DNA of 64,000 nucleotides, taken from positions 6,560,001 through 6,624,000 of the forward strand of contig OZ245006.1 of the NCBI GenBank assembly GCA_965223545.1. The letters are read 5' to 3'. Below, piece by piece: positions 18,167 to 28,402 of the stretch. Position numbers and translations under genes: made by a program. The notes below the pieces were generated by a model. It did not search any database, was not told where the DNA came from, and was given only the letters and a program-made list of their open reading frames with translations. How positions within the stretch are numbered: the stretch's first letter is position 1; every line of letters starts with the position of its first letter. The stretch comes from Planctomycetota bacterium. GTDB taxonomy: Bacteria > Planctomycetota > UBA1135 > UBA2386.

Positions 18167-19501
18167 CTACCCACTAAGGCGTCGCCGGTCGATAGTGCCG
18201 ACGAAGTCAGCAAGAGTCTCGCACTGGTCGACGTGCTCGAGCGCGCGCACGAGGCCCAACCAAGCGTGCCTCGAGAAATGGTCTAATTCCTCCGTGACAT
18301 CGAATGCGGTGGCATGATGCACAAACTTGGACCGCACACCGTAGACGTCTCGAACCAAGCGCACGACGGCGATTCGACGGTCGACATCGTCCTCCACCAT
18401 CATCGCGAGCCGCTCGCCAACATTCTGTTGGATTGGCTCGTGCGGATTGACCAGGTAGAGCCCCTCGAGGGCCGCCAAGACCAACACCAAGCGAGTCTGA
18501 ACACTCACCTCCAGTGAGGCTTCTGAGTGCAGCCGGAAGGAGGTCAGCACTCGTTCTTGGAATTCCGTTGTCGGCTCCGGCTGGCGCAGCAAGAGCGAGA
18601 GTCGCTCTAGTCCGATTCGGCGATACTCGTCGAGCTCATGATCCGACAAGTTCCACGGGGGGGCGCGCTCCATGTCGATCGCACCCCGTTGTTCTCCACC
18701 GAACTTGCCATCTTGTTCGAACACGGCTCTGAACGTTTCCTTTCGTTCCCGTCCGGCAGGAACGCACGTGCTTCGAAGGTAGGGGGTCCGTGAAGCTGGC
18801 GAGAAAAAGCGCAGCATCGCAAGCGCATCGTCGACTCGTTCAAGTGCAACAACGCGGGCCTGTTGCTTTTCGGCCTCTACGACGATCGAGGCGATGGCTC
18901 GCCCCTGATGCCGTTTGGCTACGTCCTCAAAGTAAGCATCTACTGAAGGACGCTCTTCTGGCGCGAGCTTGGAGTAGCCCTCCGACTTGTGCCACGCGGC
19001 AATCCGCTCTGCGGTGAGCTCTTCGAACGTTACGTCGCCGACGTCGAAGCTACTCTGGATGCGGAGTTCGTAGACCGGAATCACGACTGTCCTGACTTCG
19101 ATGAGCTCCTGCGCCTTCCGCACGCAGTAGTCGCTGAGGCTGGTTCCGGGTTCGTCACTGAACAGCCACTCGAAAGCCACGCTCTGGAGCGAGTTGTGAC
19201 TTACCGCATTCCGTGGTCGAAGCGCTCGGTGAACGCCATCGACGACCTGGAAGAATGCTCTGGCATCAGCACCCAGCAACCCTCTGCTCGTGCTGCCGTC
19301 GTCTTGGACGATGTGATGCGGCTCATTCCTCGAGTGCAGCATCATCGGGCCTTGGAGGTCTGAGGCTCGGATGGATCGTGTGGGTAGGCTTGGAGCCCAC
19401 TCCGGACCTGCCCCGGCCTGCCGCATCACTGCCTGGACAGCAGCCCGGCCCTGCTCGCCTCGCTCATCGAAGCTGGCTTTGGCGCGTTCGTCGATCTCCA
19501 T
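18167..19501 (-). CDS. ApeA-like HEPN domain protein, candidate anti-phage RNase
   Basis: C-terminal LAALEGL...YGVRSKFVH (Rx4H HEPN motif). Start is ATG 19501 or GTG 19582. Confidence 0.72.
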   Translation of the reverse strand: MEIDERAKASFDERGEQGRAAVQAVMRQAGAGPEWAPSLPTRSIRASDLQGPMMLHSRNEPHHIVQDDGSTSRGLLGADARAFFQVVDGVHRALRPRNAVSHNSLQSVAFEWLFSDEPGTSLSDYCVRKAQELIEVRTVVIPVYELRIQSSFDVGDVTFEELTAERIAAWHKSEGYSKLAPEERPSVDAYFEDVAKRHQGRAIASIVVEAEKQQARVVALERVDDALAMLRFFSPASRTPYLRSTCVPAGRERKETFRAVFEQDGKFGGEQRGAIDMERAPPWNLSDHELDEYRRIGLERLSLLLRQPEPTTEFQERVLTSFRLHSEASLEVSVQTRLVLVLAALEGLYLVNPHEPIQQNVGERLAMMVEDDVDRRIAVVRLVRDVYGVRSKFVHHATAFDVTEELDHFSRHAWLGLVRALEHVDQCETLADFVGTIDRRRLSG

Positions 19502-19701
19502 TCGTGCTACCCGATAGGTGAGTTGTTGAGCGTGGCTTCGATGACGAAGCGCCTGCTGGGGCTCGAGATGACCTTGGCCCACTCTCGCCCTTTCTGGACT
19601 GACGCGATGATTCTTGTAGCCAAATGACCAGCCAGGGTGGAGGGCGAAGTTGCCGGACGCGTCAAGGTCATGGTCGACTCTGCTAGCATGGCGAGACGCG
19701 A

Positions 19702-19956
19702 ATGGACGCTGACGTCGAGCGAGTGCTAGAGCGCCTCCCTTCCCGCCCCGTGTGGGTCGAGCGCGGGTCGTGTGTCATGTGCGATAGCCGCATCTCGAAC
19801 GAGTGGTGCACGGCGGACGCGGACGGCAGTTGCTGTATCGAGCTTCGCCACTTCAGAAGAAGCGACGGTTGCGACAACGAGCATGCGCTGACCGACCCCG
19901 AGTTCGACCTACTCGTGGCTGCGCTGGAGCGGCAGCGAATGGCTCAACCAAGCTGA
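19702..19956 (+). CDS. Small Cys-containing hypothetical protein
   Basis: ATG with a GGCGAG upstream; fills the gap between larger genes; no family recognised. Confidence 0.35.
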   Translation: MDADVERVLERLPSRPVWVERGSCVMCDSRISNEWCTADADGSCCIELRHFRRSDGCDNEHALTDPEFDLLVAALERQRMAQPS

Positions 19957-21497
19957 AGCGCGGGTTCGCCCTCTTCCGGCACAAGCTCGAGCTCGAGGCC
20001 AAGATCCATCCCGAGTCGCTCCACGTCAGCTTCGCACCACGGCTCTAGGTGTTGCTCAAGGCGTCCCCGGGGGACGAACTCTCGCGTCTCAGCGGTTCCG
20101 CTGTGCCGGGGAGTTGCGACGAACTCCGCGAGCGGCGCTGTGTCCCGGAACGGCGCAGATGCGAACGGAGTCAGGTAGTAGCCGGTGAGGCCGTTTCGCG
20201 CGTCGGTTGGCGGGATGCTCATGAACTCGCTCGGCATGACGACATCGGCCTTGACGCGCTGCTCGCTCCTCGTGCGCTGGCCGCGTCGAAGTGGGCCGGC
20301 GCCGTTCACGCTCTCCCGAAGCTCGATCCTCTCATGCTCCCCGAAGAGGCTTGATGCCCACTTCGCAGTCGACGGGCTCTCAAGGCGCAGTATCGCCTTG
20401 TGGGAGCACATCGCCATGAGTTCCTCGGCAACGTAGTTCCCATAGACCTGCTTCATGCCGTCGTTGTCCTGGTAGCCGAGCACCGCGCAGCCACCTTTGG
20501 AGCGAGCCTTGGTGAGGAACGCCGGCAAGGCATCCAGTTCAGCAGCGTCGCGGACCTCATCGAGGAAGAGCCAGGTCCTGCGCTCAGCCGATTCTTGCTG
20601 CGCAAGGACGAGCTGCGTGATCCGTCGGAGCATCAGGCGATTTAGCACATCAAGTGATGCGCGAGCCATCTCGTTGTTGCCCAGCACGAGCACGTAGTCC
20701 GAGGTCGACCACTCGGTGAGGCTCACCTTCTCCGGTGCGTGTTCCCAGAGCGCAGCGACAACTTCGAGGCTTGCGAGGTTCGCCCGAATCGTCCCGATGA
20801 CTCCGGCGCCTTGACGCTCCGAACGACCAAGGTGCGTGTCGAATCGTTCCCTCCCCTGCGAGCTTGTGTAGAGGAGCCTCTTCAGTCGTTCCCAGGAGCG
20901 GGTTGCAAGGACCACGTCCCGAAGGGTCCAGTTCTCGCCGCAGTGGTCACATAGCGACATGACAAGGCCCCAGAGAACGTCGCGCGCGGCCGGAATGAAG
21001 TAACCGCCTTCCTTCTGCTCTTTGGCGATGAGGTCGAAGGCGAGCTGAAGAGCGAGTGCTGGCGAGTTGACGTCCTTTGCCACGTCCCAGGCTGCACCGT
21101 TCCCATCGAAAGGGTCGAGCGTTCGAACGGGGCAGCGCAGGTCCAGGCTCTGAAGGAACGGCAGGACGTCTTGCTTTGGGTCGTAGACGACCGCCCGCTG
21201 GTCGGGTTCCACGCCGATTCGAGGCAGCACGTCCGCCATGAGGCGGTGGATGGTGAGCGTCTTCCCAGATCCTGTCGTGCCGATTACGAGAAAGTGCTGG
21301 TTCTCAGCGCGCCGTAGCAGAGTCTCGCTTCCCCAGCGGACACCACGAGGTTCTCCGGTGCCGTGATGTCTCCTTCCCTTCGGGTTCACATCGAGCTTTC
21401 GCCCGCGAAGGTGACGGTCCTTTGGTGATCGGAGCGAAAGGGCGAGCGCGAAAGCGATCGCAGCGCCTGCGATCAGGAGGCGAGCCCAGAGCGTCAT
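19944..21497 (-). CDS. Type IV coupling protein (TraD/TrwB-like)
   Basis: N-terminal TM; HFLVIGTTGSGKT Walker A; VVYDPK; WLFLDE Walker B; ARSKGG; ATGA-coupled to the relaxase. Confidence 0.9.
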   Translation of the reverse strand: MTLWARLLIAGAAIAFALALSLRSPKDRHLRGRKLDVNPKGRRHHGTGEPRGVRWGSETLLRRAENQHFLVIGTTGSGKTLTIHRLMADVLPRIGVEPDQRAVVYDPKQDVLPFLQSLDLRCPVRTLDPFDGNGAAWDVAKDVNSPALALQLAFDLIAKEQKEGGYFIPAARDVLWGLVMSLCDHCGENWTLRDVVLATRSWERLKRLLYTSSQGRERFDTHLGRSERQGAGVIGTIRANLASLEVVAALWEHAPEKVSLTEWSTSDYVLVLGNNEMARASLDVLNRLMLRRITQLVLAQQESAERRTWLFLDEVRDAAELDALPAFLTKARSKGGCAVLGYQDNDGMKQVYGNYVAEELMAMCSHKAILRLESPSTAKWASSLFGEHERIELRESVNGAGPLRRGQRTRSEQRVKADVVMPSEFMSIPPTDARNGLTGYYLTPFASAPFRDTAPLAEFVATPRHSGTAETREFVPRGRLEQHLEPWCEADVERLGMDLGLELELVPEEGEPALQLG

Positions 21498-23920
21498 GCA
21501 ACCTCCAGCAAGAGCTCGGGCACGTTCGCTTCCATGGCATCAAGCGCCATCTCTTGCTGTCGGGAACGCTGCATGAGGCGAACTACGTCCGCCATGCCTT
21601 CCTCCGCAGACTCAATATCGACGTAGAGCCGGGTTTCCTCACGGGCTCTTGATGCTTGCACGTAGGTCGACTCCCGGTCGGTCATGACCCCGCCGCAAAG
21701 CACAAGGCAGCGCTCGACGCTGGCGCCCTGTGCCGAGTGGGTTGTTGAGGCGTAGCCGAGTTCAACGTGGTCGTAGTCGGCAAGGTCGACCGTCACTCGC
21801 GTGCCGGAGTCGAGCTTGGCCGTGAGGGTGCGTGCCGCTCTGTCGACTCTGGTCACCGTTGCTCGGTCGCCGTTGTTGAAGAGCCCGGTGTTCCGCCGAA
21901 AGATGATTCGGTCTCCAACGTGCGCCTCTCCGCTGCGCAGCGCTACGCACTCGGGGCTGAGAAGCCCGGACGCGAATTTTGCCTGCTGGATCATCCGGTT
22001 CACCATGGTGGATTCGGCGCGCGTTCCAGTGAGAACGAGAGTCTCGGAGAGACCGCCGCTTGCGGCAGCGCGTTGCCAGTCGGAGACGAGCCGCTGCAGG
22101 ACTTCCTTTCGCGTTTCGGCCACGGTGAGGAGACCGCGCCGGTCGAACTCTTCGAGCGCAGCAGCGGCCTTTCCGTGCGCGAAATCGTGAACCGAGCGCT
22201 TTGCCCAGTCTTGTCGCTGTCGCCGGATCTCTTCCAGCACCGCAGCGCCATGTCGCTCTGAAAGGGCCGCGAATGGAGACCCGGCGTCGATCGCCTGGAG
22301 TTGCTTCCTGTCGCCAACGAGGACGAGCTTCGCGCCCGTCTTTCTCGCCACCGCGATGATCTCGGCAGTCTTTCGTGTCCCAAGCATCCCCGCTTCATCC
22401 ACAACGAGCACCGACTTCGAGTCGAGCCGAAGTTCGCCTCGACGGATGAGGGCGAGTGTTCGATGAAGCGTGCGGCTCTCGATGCCTGAGTCTTCCTGCA
22501 GCCGGCTTGCCGCAGCGGCGGCAAGTGCAGCTCCGTGCACTCGGTAGCCAGCGTCTCCCCAAGCTTCAGCAGCGGCACGCAGCATGAAGGTCTTTCCGGT
22601 GCCGGCCATGCCCTGAACAAGCCGGAGTGCGCCGCCCGAGGTGACATGCTCGAGCGCTGTGCGCTGTTCTCGGCTTAGCGTTGACCGTCGTTGGAGGACG
22701 TCTCGGAGATCGCCGTCCCGGACATCGCGCATTCGGTGCGCGAGCTCGGAGGCGTCACGAAACAGCTGCTGCTCAACTCGGAGGAGATCACGCGTTGTGA
22801 ACTTCGGTTCTTCGCGGCGCTTCCCAAGCGCCACGAGCTCGGGTGACTGCCGCAAGACCTCCGCCACGCCCTGGCAGATCGCATCGACGCCAACGCCGTG
22901 AGACTCGACAGCATCTGCAACCGCTCGAATGAGGTCCTTCTCCCCGAAGAGGCTCTTTCGCTCGGTGAGCTTCTGCGCAGCCGGAAGAACTGCGTCACGG
23001 ACGGCGCGGCGCGGATCCGGGTGGGCCGCGGCGCCAAAGAGATCCGCTGTGATGTTGAACCCGTGCGCTTTCCCTACTTCGCGCCAGTGAGCGCGGAGCT
23101 TCTCGACATCGACCTCGGTCTTGCCAGATCGAGTTTCGAGGACCGCCTTCTGGGCGCCCTTGGCACCAGAAAGCCCCTTCTCCTGCATGTAGGTTTGGAT
23201 GGCCTTCGTGCGCTTCGAGAAGACGTCGCAAAGCTCCTTCGGGACGCCGTCGATCTCGCACCACTTCTCGCGCCTGCTAACGCCCAGGCCAAGCTCAGCC
23301 CGAAGCTGGCAGAAGAGTTCCGCGCGGTAGAGCACCCCGGCAGTCATGGCGTGCTGGTAGAGCTTCGTTCCGTGGATCGTGCCGCCACCAGGGTTCAGAT
23401 TCTGGACAAGGCAGTGGGTATGGATGTGGGGATCGGGCACGGCACCTGGGTTCTCAGGGCGTGCGCTGGAATGGTCGAAGACGGCCGCCACGAGCTTCGC
23501 CTTCTCGAGGCGCTCGCCGCCGGCGCCACGCCGGGTGAAGAGCGCGACGTCCTCGACGTAGCCAAGTGCTGCTCGCACAGCCTTCCGGTGAGCCGCCTGG
23601 ATCGCGTCGCGGAGGTCCTTGTCCGCCTGAGACCAGAGCACGGAGACAGATTTCGGAGCGCCGAAGGTGAGGTCGAAGCCTGCGCGTCTGTCAGCGCCGG
23701 CCCCGGCGTTCTTCACCATCGCGGTGCGGCCGTCGGGGGTGAATCCTCGGAGGAGGTTCGCGAGCGTCTCCTGGTCGACCTCTCCGCGGAGGCCGAGGTC
23801 AGCACTCCCCTTCCCGAACCACTGTCCGGCCGGTTCACCGGATTCGGTGTAGTAGCTGCCGCTTGCAAGGTCCGTGTAGTAGCTCTCCTGACCGGCTGAT
23901 ATGCGCCCAATGCACAGCAC
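21494..23920 (-). CDS. MOBF (TrwC/TraI-like) relaxase with C-terminal helicase
   Basis: N-terminal YY..YY; GFDLTFGAPKSVS; HUH motif DPHIHTH; GMAGTGKT; VVDEAGM; GYASTTHSAQG. Confidence 0.95.
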   Translation of the reverse strand: MLCIGRISAGQESYYTDLASGSYYTESGEPAGQWFGKGSADLGLRGEVDQETLANLLRGFTPDGRTAMVKNAGAGADRRAGFDLTFGAPKSVSVLWSQADKDLRDAIQAAHRKAVRAALGYVEDVALFTRRGAGGERLEKAKLVAAVFDHSSARPENPGAVPDPHIHTHCLVQNLNPGGGTIHGTKLYQHAMTAGVLYRAELFCQLRAELGLGVSRREKWCEIDGVPKELCDVFSKRTKAIQTYMQEKGLSGAKGAQKAVLETRSGKTEVDVEKLRAHWREVGKAHGFNITADLFGAAAHPDPRRAVRDAVLPAAQKLTERKSLFGEKDLIRAVADAVESHGVGVDAICQGVAEVLRQSPELVALGKRREEPKFTTRDLLRVEQQLFRDASELAHRMRDVRDGDLRDVLQRRSTLSREQRTALEHVTSGGALRLVQGMAGTGKTFMLRAAAEAWGDAGYRVHGAALAAAAASRLQEDSGIESRTLHRTLALIRRGELRLDSKSVLVVDEAGMLGTRKTAEIIAVARKTGAKLVLVGDRKQLQAIDAGSPFAALSERHGAAVLEEIRRQRQDWAKRSVHDFAHGKAAAALEEFDRRGLLTVAETRKEVLQRLVSDWQRAAASGGLSETLVLTGTRAESTMVNRMIQQAKFASGLLSPECVALRSGEAHVGDRIIFRRNTGLFNNGDRATVTRVDRAARTLTAKLDSGTRVTVDLADYDHVELGYASTTHSAQGASVERCLVLCGGVMTDRESTYVQASRAREETRLYVDIESAEEGMADVVRLMQRSRQQEMALDAMEANVPELLLEVA

Positions 23921-23923
23921 GCC

Positions 23924-24199
23924 TTAGCCGTGCCTGCCAGCGGCTCCCCTTTCGACTGCCTCGTTGAAGTCGCGTCGGAGTTCGCGTACTTCATCGGCCA
24001 GGTTCAGGGCCACAGAATTCTCAAAGAACATCACCAGCGCCATGCGCGCGAACTCGGATTCTCTCATGTTGAGTTCGGCGGCGCGGTGTTCAAGTAGAAG
24101 GCCATACTGCTTCGGCAAGCGAGTGCTGACCTTGTAGTCAAGTCGACTGAGCGATTTCATCTTCACGTTTCCACCGTCATCGTTTTCCCGTTGGTTCAA
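23924..24199 (-). CDS. Relaxosome accessory ribbon-helix-helix protein (TrwA/MobC-like)
   Basis: YKVSTRL strand followed by two helices (..AAELNMRESEFAR); immediately upstream of the relaxase. Start may be ATG 24160. Confidence 0.7.
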   Translation of the reverse strand: MNQRENDDGGNVKMKSLSRLDYKVSTRLPKQYGLLLEHRAAELNMRESEFARMALVMFFENSVALNLADEVRELRRDFNEAVERGAAGRHG

Positions 24200-24460
24200 G
24201 TAACTTGAAGTAACGGAAACACCGTGTCACGGATCTCCGGACACGGCAAGAGGAAGTCGTGCAGGCACTCCTCAGCCAAGCAAGAGTGGAGACAGGTAGA
24301 CCCTTGCACTGAAGTTGCTGGCAGACTTGGCAGGCGCGGCCCGATAGCCCTGTCTCCTCGCGCGTCTACGTTGTCCGCAACCTTGCCGACAGCCGCGTTG
24401 CTTCTCCCGTGCCAGCGCGTTGGATTCTGAGGGGTTCCGGCGTCGGCAGGTGTTGTCTGC
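24195..24460. promoter_or_regulatory. Candidate oriT region
   Basis: Intergenic region upstream of the accessory and relaxase genes; palindrome TTCAAG-TAA-CTTGAA (24195-24209); bulged hairpin CCGTGTC..GACACGG (24222-24246). Confidence 0.45.
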
Positions 24461-24463
24461 CCA

Positions 24464-25864
24464 TCAGCAAGATTGGGTAGCCGGCATCGTTGCGGCCCGC
24501 TTTCCCTCTCGGTCTTCCGCGACGTTGCCTGCGCCGTCTTGAAGCGATCGGGCAACGAGTCGCGCGATGTCTCGATCGCGTGGTCCGCGACCAGAAGACC
24601 CATGCTCCCGCAGAAGGCGCTCGTGCTCGGCATCCTGCTCCTCGCGTCCGAGCCGTAGCCGTTCACGCGCCGTTGCCTCTTCGTGCGCTTGAAGTCGCCT
24701 CCTCGCCCGGTCCTCATCCGCATGCGTGATGAAGTTCCACTTTGGCTCACCTCCCCACACTCCAAGCAGCTTCGCGAAGAGGCCGCCGCGGTTTCGCGTC
24801 CCGTAGGCTCGAGCGTGTTCCGCCAGGGCCACGAACTGAAGCAGGTCGGCCTTGGCGGCGGATGAGAGGCCTGATGCTACAGCAGACTCGTGCAGTTCGA
24901 GGAGTCGCCCCATTTGCTCCAGGTCTCGGGGATGAACGTGCTGAAGCCGCGGCCGGGAACGATCTCTGTTCCGATTCCGAACCCCAGCAGGTCTGCCCGA
25001 GGCGGGTTGCTGGTTCCTAGATCCCGGAACGGGTTGCCGGTCTGAATCAACGCCCCGCAAACCGCTTGTGGATACCGGTGAATCGCCCCGCGGCGTGGTG
25101 CGGCTTTCTACGTGGACCGCATCAAGATGATCGCCGTCCGTTCTTGCCGTCGGCGAATCTGGATCAAGCCATGCCAGGTTCCAGTGGAAGCACCCACCCC
25201 ATCTCCGTCGACGCCAAAGCTCCACTGATGAGGTGTCGCCGTCCCTGACGATGATGCCGAGCTTCACCATCCGTCCCCTCGCCCGCTCCGCGCTACTTGA
25301 GTCGACGCCGAAAGCGGTTGCTACCCAGCTCAGCTTGCATCGCCCCCGTGGATGAACCAGGTTCGACCGAACGTATAGCATTCGCATGGCGTGGGCCAAC
25401 GCCGTTGCGATGAGTGCTCTCGTGCCGGCGCCGGCGAGGAACCGCACGAACCTACGAGGCAGCGGCACTGCGCGAGCGCGGTTCACGAAGTGGCCCTTGA
25501 ACCACGCATCGAACTCATCCCGGGGGATGTTGAGCTCCCCAGGCGTTCGGGGCCAGGTGATGTGGTGATCCCCGGCGTTCGAAAGGCCGAGCCTTCGCAG
25601 CGAGTTGAGTTCGCGTCTGAGGTGCTCTCCGCCAGTTCCGCCGACGAGGCCCCGCAGCTCGTCGAGGGAGAACGTCGGTCGCCTCTTGGATCCGAGCCGA
25701 CATCGACGAGCTTCCATCTCCAGCAGTGCCAGCAGCACTCGCAGGCCTCGAAGGCTGAGTTTTCTCGTTCGATAGCACCACCATGCGGCTGCAAGTAGCC
25801 ACACCTTGGGTCGGACGTAGCCACCGTCGGGCCGTGGTCTTGGGTGTAGTTGATCGCTGTTCAT
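24464..25864 (-). CDS. Putative replication initiator / wHTH DNA-binding protein
   Basis: AGGAG RBS then ATG 25864; HTH-like segments (FSLDELRGLVG, KLSWVATAFGVD..SAERARGRMVKLG); sits between mob and par loci. Function is inferred from position. Confidence 0.5.
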   Translation of the reverse strand: MNSDQLHPRPRPDGGYVRPKVWLLAAAWWCYRTRKLSLRGLRVLLALLEMEARRCRLGSKRRPTFSLDELRGLVGGTGGEHLRRELNSLRRLGLSNAGDHHITWPRTPGELNIPRDEFDAWFKGHFVNRARAVPLPRRFVRFLAGAGTRALIATALAHAMRMLYVRSNLVHPRGRCKLSWVATAFGVDSSSAERARGRMVKLGIIVRDGDTSSVELWRRRRWGGCFHWNLAWLDPDSPTARTDGDHLDAVHVESRTTPRGDSPVSTSGLRGVDSDRQPVPGSRNQQPASGRPAGVRNRNRDRSRPRLQHVHPRDLEQMGRLLELHESAVASGLSSAAKADLLQFVALAEHARAYGTRNRGGLFAKLLGVWGGEPKWNFITHADEDRARRRLQAHEEATARERLRLGREEQDAEHERLLREHGSSGRGPRDRDIARLVARSLQDGAGNVAEDREGKRAATMPATQSC

Positions 25865-26207
25865 GCTCCTCCGTCCGGATGCAGAGGGGCGAAACCAGTT
25901 TCGGGGCAAGCGTCTCCTATCAACAAATGCCCTTGACCACTTTGGGCGAACCGCGCTACGGTGGCTCAAACGTCTGACGAGCCTCTCCGTGGGCATTGTC
26001 GTTATCGAGAGAACCGAGGCTGCCACCTCGGTTTTTTCGTTTCTGAAACGTTCGCTCTATCCGATAGGCCTCTCCCCAATAGTTGACTCGCGCGAAACGA
26101 ACAGTGCTGCCAATTCCGCGCTACTTTAGGTCAACTAAACCTGCTGTCGTATCAGTGCGCAAGATGCAAAAAGCGCAGTGAATGGAGGGGGTTGGTATTG
26201 AGGCGCA

Positions 26208-26810
26208 CGCGTCCCGGTATCCCGGGTAAGTGTTACCCGGGATACCGGGACGCGGGAGAGCGTGTTGTTGAGTTCGGTGTCCCGGGTATTGGATATGGTG
26301 CGTCCCGGGCAGCGATGTTTCGAATCCGCGAGCACGCTGTCCAAGTTCGTGACTACGTTGAGTTGACTCGCACCGAGATGCCGACTCCCCGAGGAGTCGT
26401 GTCCCGGGTAACCGATACCCGGTATCCCGGGACTTGCGAGTGTTCAGATCTGCGGTCGCACACGGCGTATCCCGGTATCCCGGGTGCGTGCCTCCCGGGA
26501 TACCGGGATACGTTTCCAGGGCCAAATGACGGCCGCCACTCTTGCTCTGCGGCTAGTTCGGTGGTTTCGCGGTTCCGGGGAGTATCTCAAATTGGCCTCC
26601 TGGCGAACGAGGTTGCGCCCTATGAGCGCGATTTGCCTTGGTCTGACAAAGAGGGCGAGCTCAGGCAATTTGAGGCATTACGGAGACCGCAGCAAATTGA
26701 TACCCGGGATACCGGGATACATGGCGAGGGCCGAGGTCAAGCGCCGAGGTCGGCGCTGGACAGGCGTGCTTTGTCTATTGACGAATGTCGCGATACCCGG
26801 TATCCCGGGA
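26208..26810. repeat. Array of CCCGGG-core palindromic repeats (centromere- or iteron-like)
   Basis: Ten CCCGGG cores, mostly as GGTATCCCGGG or CCCGGGATACC. Perfect inverted repeats at 26208-26254 (22-bp arms) and 26466-26512 (19-bp arms). Confidence 0.85.
26778..26806 (+). promoter_or_regulatory. Candidate sigma70 promoter of parA overlapping a repeat
   Basis: TTGACG-17 bp-TATCCC; the -10 lies inside GATACCCGGTATCCCGGGA. Confidence 0.45.
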
Positions 26811-26856
26811 GGTGCGCGTTGTCCTCTGGATCGCGCGCTACTGAAGGAGGGGCACC

Positions 26857-27813
26857 ATGCGGTTTGACCGAGCTCAAGTTATCGTCTTGTCCAATCAGAA
26901 AGGCGGATGCGGCAAGACGACCACGGCAGTGAATCTAAGTGCTGCGCTGTCGCTTCGCGGCTACAGAACGTGTCTCGTTGACATAGATGGCCAGTGCAAC
27001 GCGACGACGTCCTTTGGCATCGACCTTGACGATTTGCAGAGGCAGAAGCGGCCGAGCATTCTCGATGTCTACCTCAACAGGCGTCCCGCTGAGTCGATCG
27101 TCTTCCCTGTGGGCGGCGAGGAGCGATTCGGGGATGCGCTCTGCATCCTCCCGGGGCATCGCTCGCTTGGGGCGGTGCCGCACCGATTGGAGGCCGAGAT
27201 GCGGGCGGAGGCGATGGAAGAGGGGATGTCTTCCGAAGACGAAGATGAGATCCGAATGGACCATCGCACTCGCCTGCGCGCGTCTCTTGAGTCGCTCAAG
27301 GATGCTTTTGACATCATCATGATCGACACGCCGCCTGAGCTCGGCTTCTTGCTCAGCACCGCGCTTGGAGCGGCGGACTGGTTCATCATCCCGGTGTTTC
27401 CGTCGGCCTACGACATGGCGGGACTCGAGAGACTGATGGCGAACGTGACGAAGGTCAGGAAGCAGAGAAACCCGGAGCTGCGGCTTTTGGGTGTTCTGGT
27501 GGGGAACTTCGACAAGACGACTGTTCTCGACCAGGAGATCTATGACGCACTGAAAGCCAAGTTCAACGCGCATCTTTCGCCAACGACGATTCGAAGAGGT
27601 GTTCGGTTGCGCGAGGCTGCCGCCCACGGGTTGACGATCTTCGAACATGATCCGCAGGGCCCGATCGCGGCGGAGTTTGAAGAGGTGGCAGATCTCACGG
27701 TTCGTGGGATCCGAACTCAGATTGAAAGGCGCGCCGCAGGTGCCCAGATCGCAGAGCCACAGCCGCTTCGAGCTACGCGTCGAGGCAATGCGATGGAGGT
27801 AGCCAATGCCTAA
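26857..27813 (+). CDS. parA: ParA/Soj family partition ATPase
   Basis: NQKGGCGKTTT deviant Walker A; VDIDGQCNAT; IMIDTPP. Confidence 0.95.
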   Translation: MRFDRAQVIVLSNQKGGCGKTTTAVNLSAALSLRGYRTCLVDIDGQCNATTSFGIDLDDLQRQKRPSILDVYLNRRPAESIVFPVGGEERFGDALCILPGHRSLGAVPHRLEAEMRAEAMEEGMSSEDEDEIRMDHRTRLRASLESLKDAFDIIMIDTPPELGFLLSTALGAADWFIIPVFPSAYDMAGLERLMANVTKVRKQRNPELRLLGVLVGNFDKTTVLDQEIYDALKAKFNAHLSPTTIRRGVRLREAAAHGLTIFEHDPQGPIAAEFEEVADLTVRGIRTQIERRAAGAQIAEPQPLRATRRGNAMEVANA

Positions 27814-28393
27814 GCGAAAGGCAGGACTCCCAACCAGCTTCGACCTGCAGGTAGAGCCGTCCGCCGTTGCCGACATGGGTGACTACCTTGACGAAGTGGA
27901 CTCCGTGAAGACGGTCGGCGTTCGTTCTCAACGCGACGTCGTCGAGCGAGAGGAGCGGGGACAAGTGTCTCCGGAGGCCGCTCCTCGCAAGGGGGACCGT
28001 GCGGTGGCTACCGAACCAGAGTCGCGGTCCCATCCGCCGACGCGGAGATCCGACCCGAAGAGTCAGTCTCCACGATCGAAGCGACGAGGTGCTCGGCCGC
28101 CACGTAGCGAGATCGGGTTCGATCCAGAAACACTTGAGCAGCTGCAGAAGCTCTGGGCCGACGCGATCGCCAAGGGTGGAGAGCCCAACCTGTCTCGCTC
28201 CGACATCGCGCGGGGGTGCATCCGCGCCGCTTTCGAGGCGAAGCGCGAGATCGACTTTACCGGCATCCGGCCGCGCGGAGCCTGGCGAAGCCAGACAGCA
28301 CGCGCGCTGCAAGACACCATCACGACCGCCGTCATGAAGGGCATCGGTCGGATCTACCAGGCGCGCTACGCGGCTGACGACGACCGGCGGTAG
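27806..28393 (+). CDS. ParA partner, putative RHH centromere-binding protein (type Ib-like)
   Basis: Overlaps the parA stop; disordered N-terminal half, then RSEIGFD strand and helices (LSRSDIAR); no ParB GxxR box. Confidence 0.65.
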   Translation: MPKRKAGLPTSFDLQVEPSAVADMGDYLDEVDSVKTVGVRSQRDVVEREERGQVSPEAAPRKGDRAVATEPESRSHPPTRRSDPKSQSPRSKRRGARPPRSEIGFDPETLEQLQKLWADAIAKGGEPNLSRSDIARGCIRAAFEAKREIDFTGIRPRGAWRSQTARALQDTITTAVMKGIGRIYQARYAADDDRR

Positions 28394-28402
28394 CGTTGCC
28401 GT

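Noticed and set aside
24340..24352. ATAGCCC match to the R388 sequence 3' of nic
   Set aside because: Only 7 bp match, and the upstream bases and hairpin do not fit.
26208..26810. CRISPR array or coding ORFs (26121-26525, 26192-26932)
   Set aside because: The repeats are short, irregularly spaced and in both orientations; the ORFs are translations of the repeats (YPGIPG/RDT).
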